Shown in pieces: positions 63,890 to 64,000 of a stretch of DNA of 64,000 nucleotides (position 1 is the stretch's first letter; every line of letters begins with the position of its first letter). The notes under the pieces were generated by a model. It did no database searches, was not told the DNA's origin, and saw only the letters and a list, made by a program, of their open reading frames with translations. The position numbers and the translations under genes were made by a program. Origin of the DNA: Octopus sinensis (lineage: Eukaryota); assembly GCF_006345805.1 (NCBI RefSeq), contig NC_043005.1, forward strand, positions 4,960,001-5,024,000. The letters are read 5' to 3'.

Positions 63890-64000
63890 CGTGTGTGTGT
63901 GTGTGTGTGTGTGTGTGAGTATGTACATACAGACTTCTTTCAGTTCCTGTCTACTAAATCCATCCATGTCAGTCAATAAAGGACTATAGTAGAAGACACT

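Overview
AT-rich eukaryotic DNA packed with microsatellites and transposons, most likely from a coleoid cephalopod (Octopus). The taxon is inferred from the repeat families and is not verified. I can support one host gene: the 3' part of WDR35/IFT121 (IFT-A subunit) on the + strand. It has 9 distinct coding exons from 5684 to the stop at 44640, all with AG/GT sites and continuous reading phase. One 87-nt phase-1/1 exon is present twice, inside a ~945-bp tandem duplication. The rest is introns and intergenic DNA filled with mobile elements. Retroelements include 5'-truncated RTE LINEs (one with an open 588-codon RT frame carrying a PHD-type C4HC3 finger), many short RTE 3' tails, several tRNA-derived SINE families, and R4/Dong-like, HERO-like, CR1-like and Penelope-like relics. 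DNA elements include DD37D (maT) and mariner relics, a non-autonomous Helitron, hAT and piggyBac-like MITEs, and several fold-back elements. Nearly all ORFs in the supplied track are microsatellite or repeat artefacts. I found no clearly new biological system. The best leads are the duplicated WDR35 exon, decayed minimal hammerhead ribozymes in Penelope-like fragments, the variable tandem units in the RTE 3' UTR, the PHD finger inside the RT, and the many inverted repeats around WDR35 exons. Protein and family assignments rest on recalled motifs, not database searches. Repeat boundaries are approximate unless a TSD or TIR is quoted.
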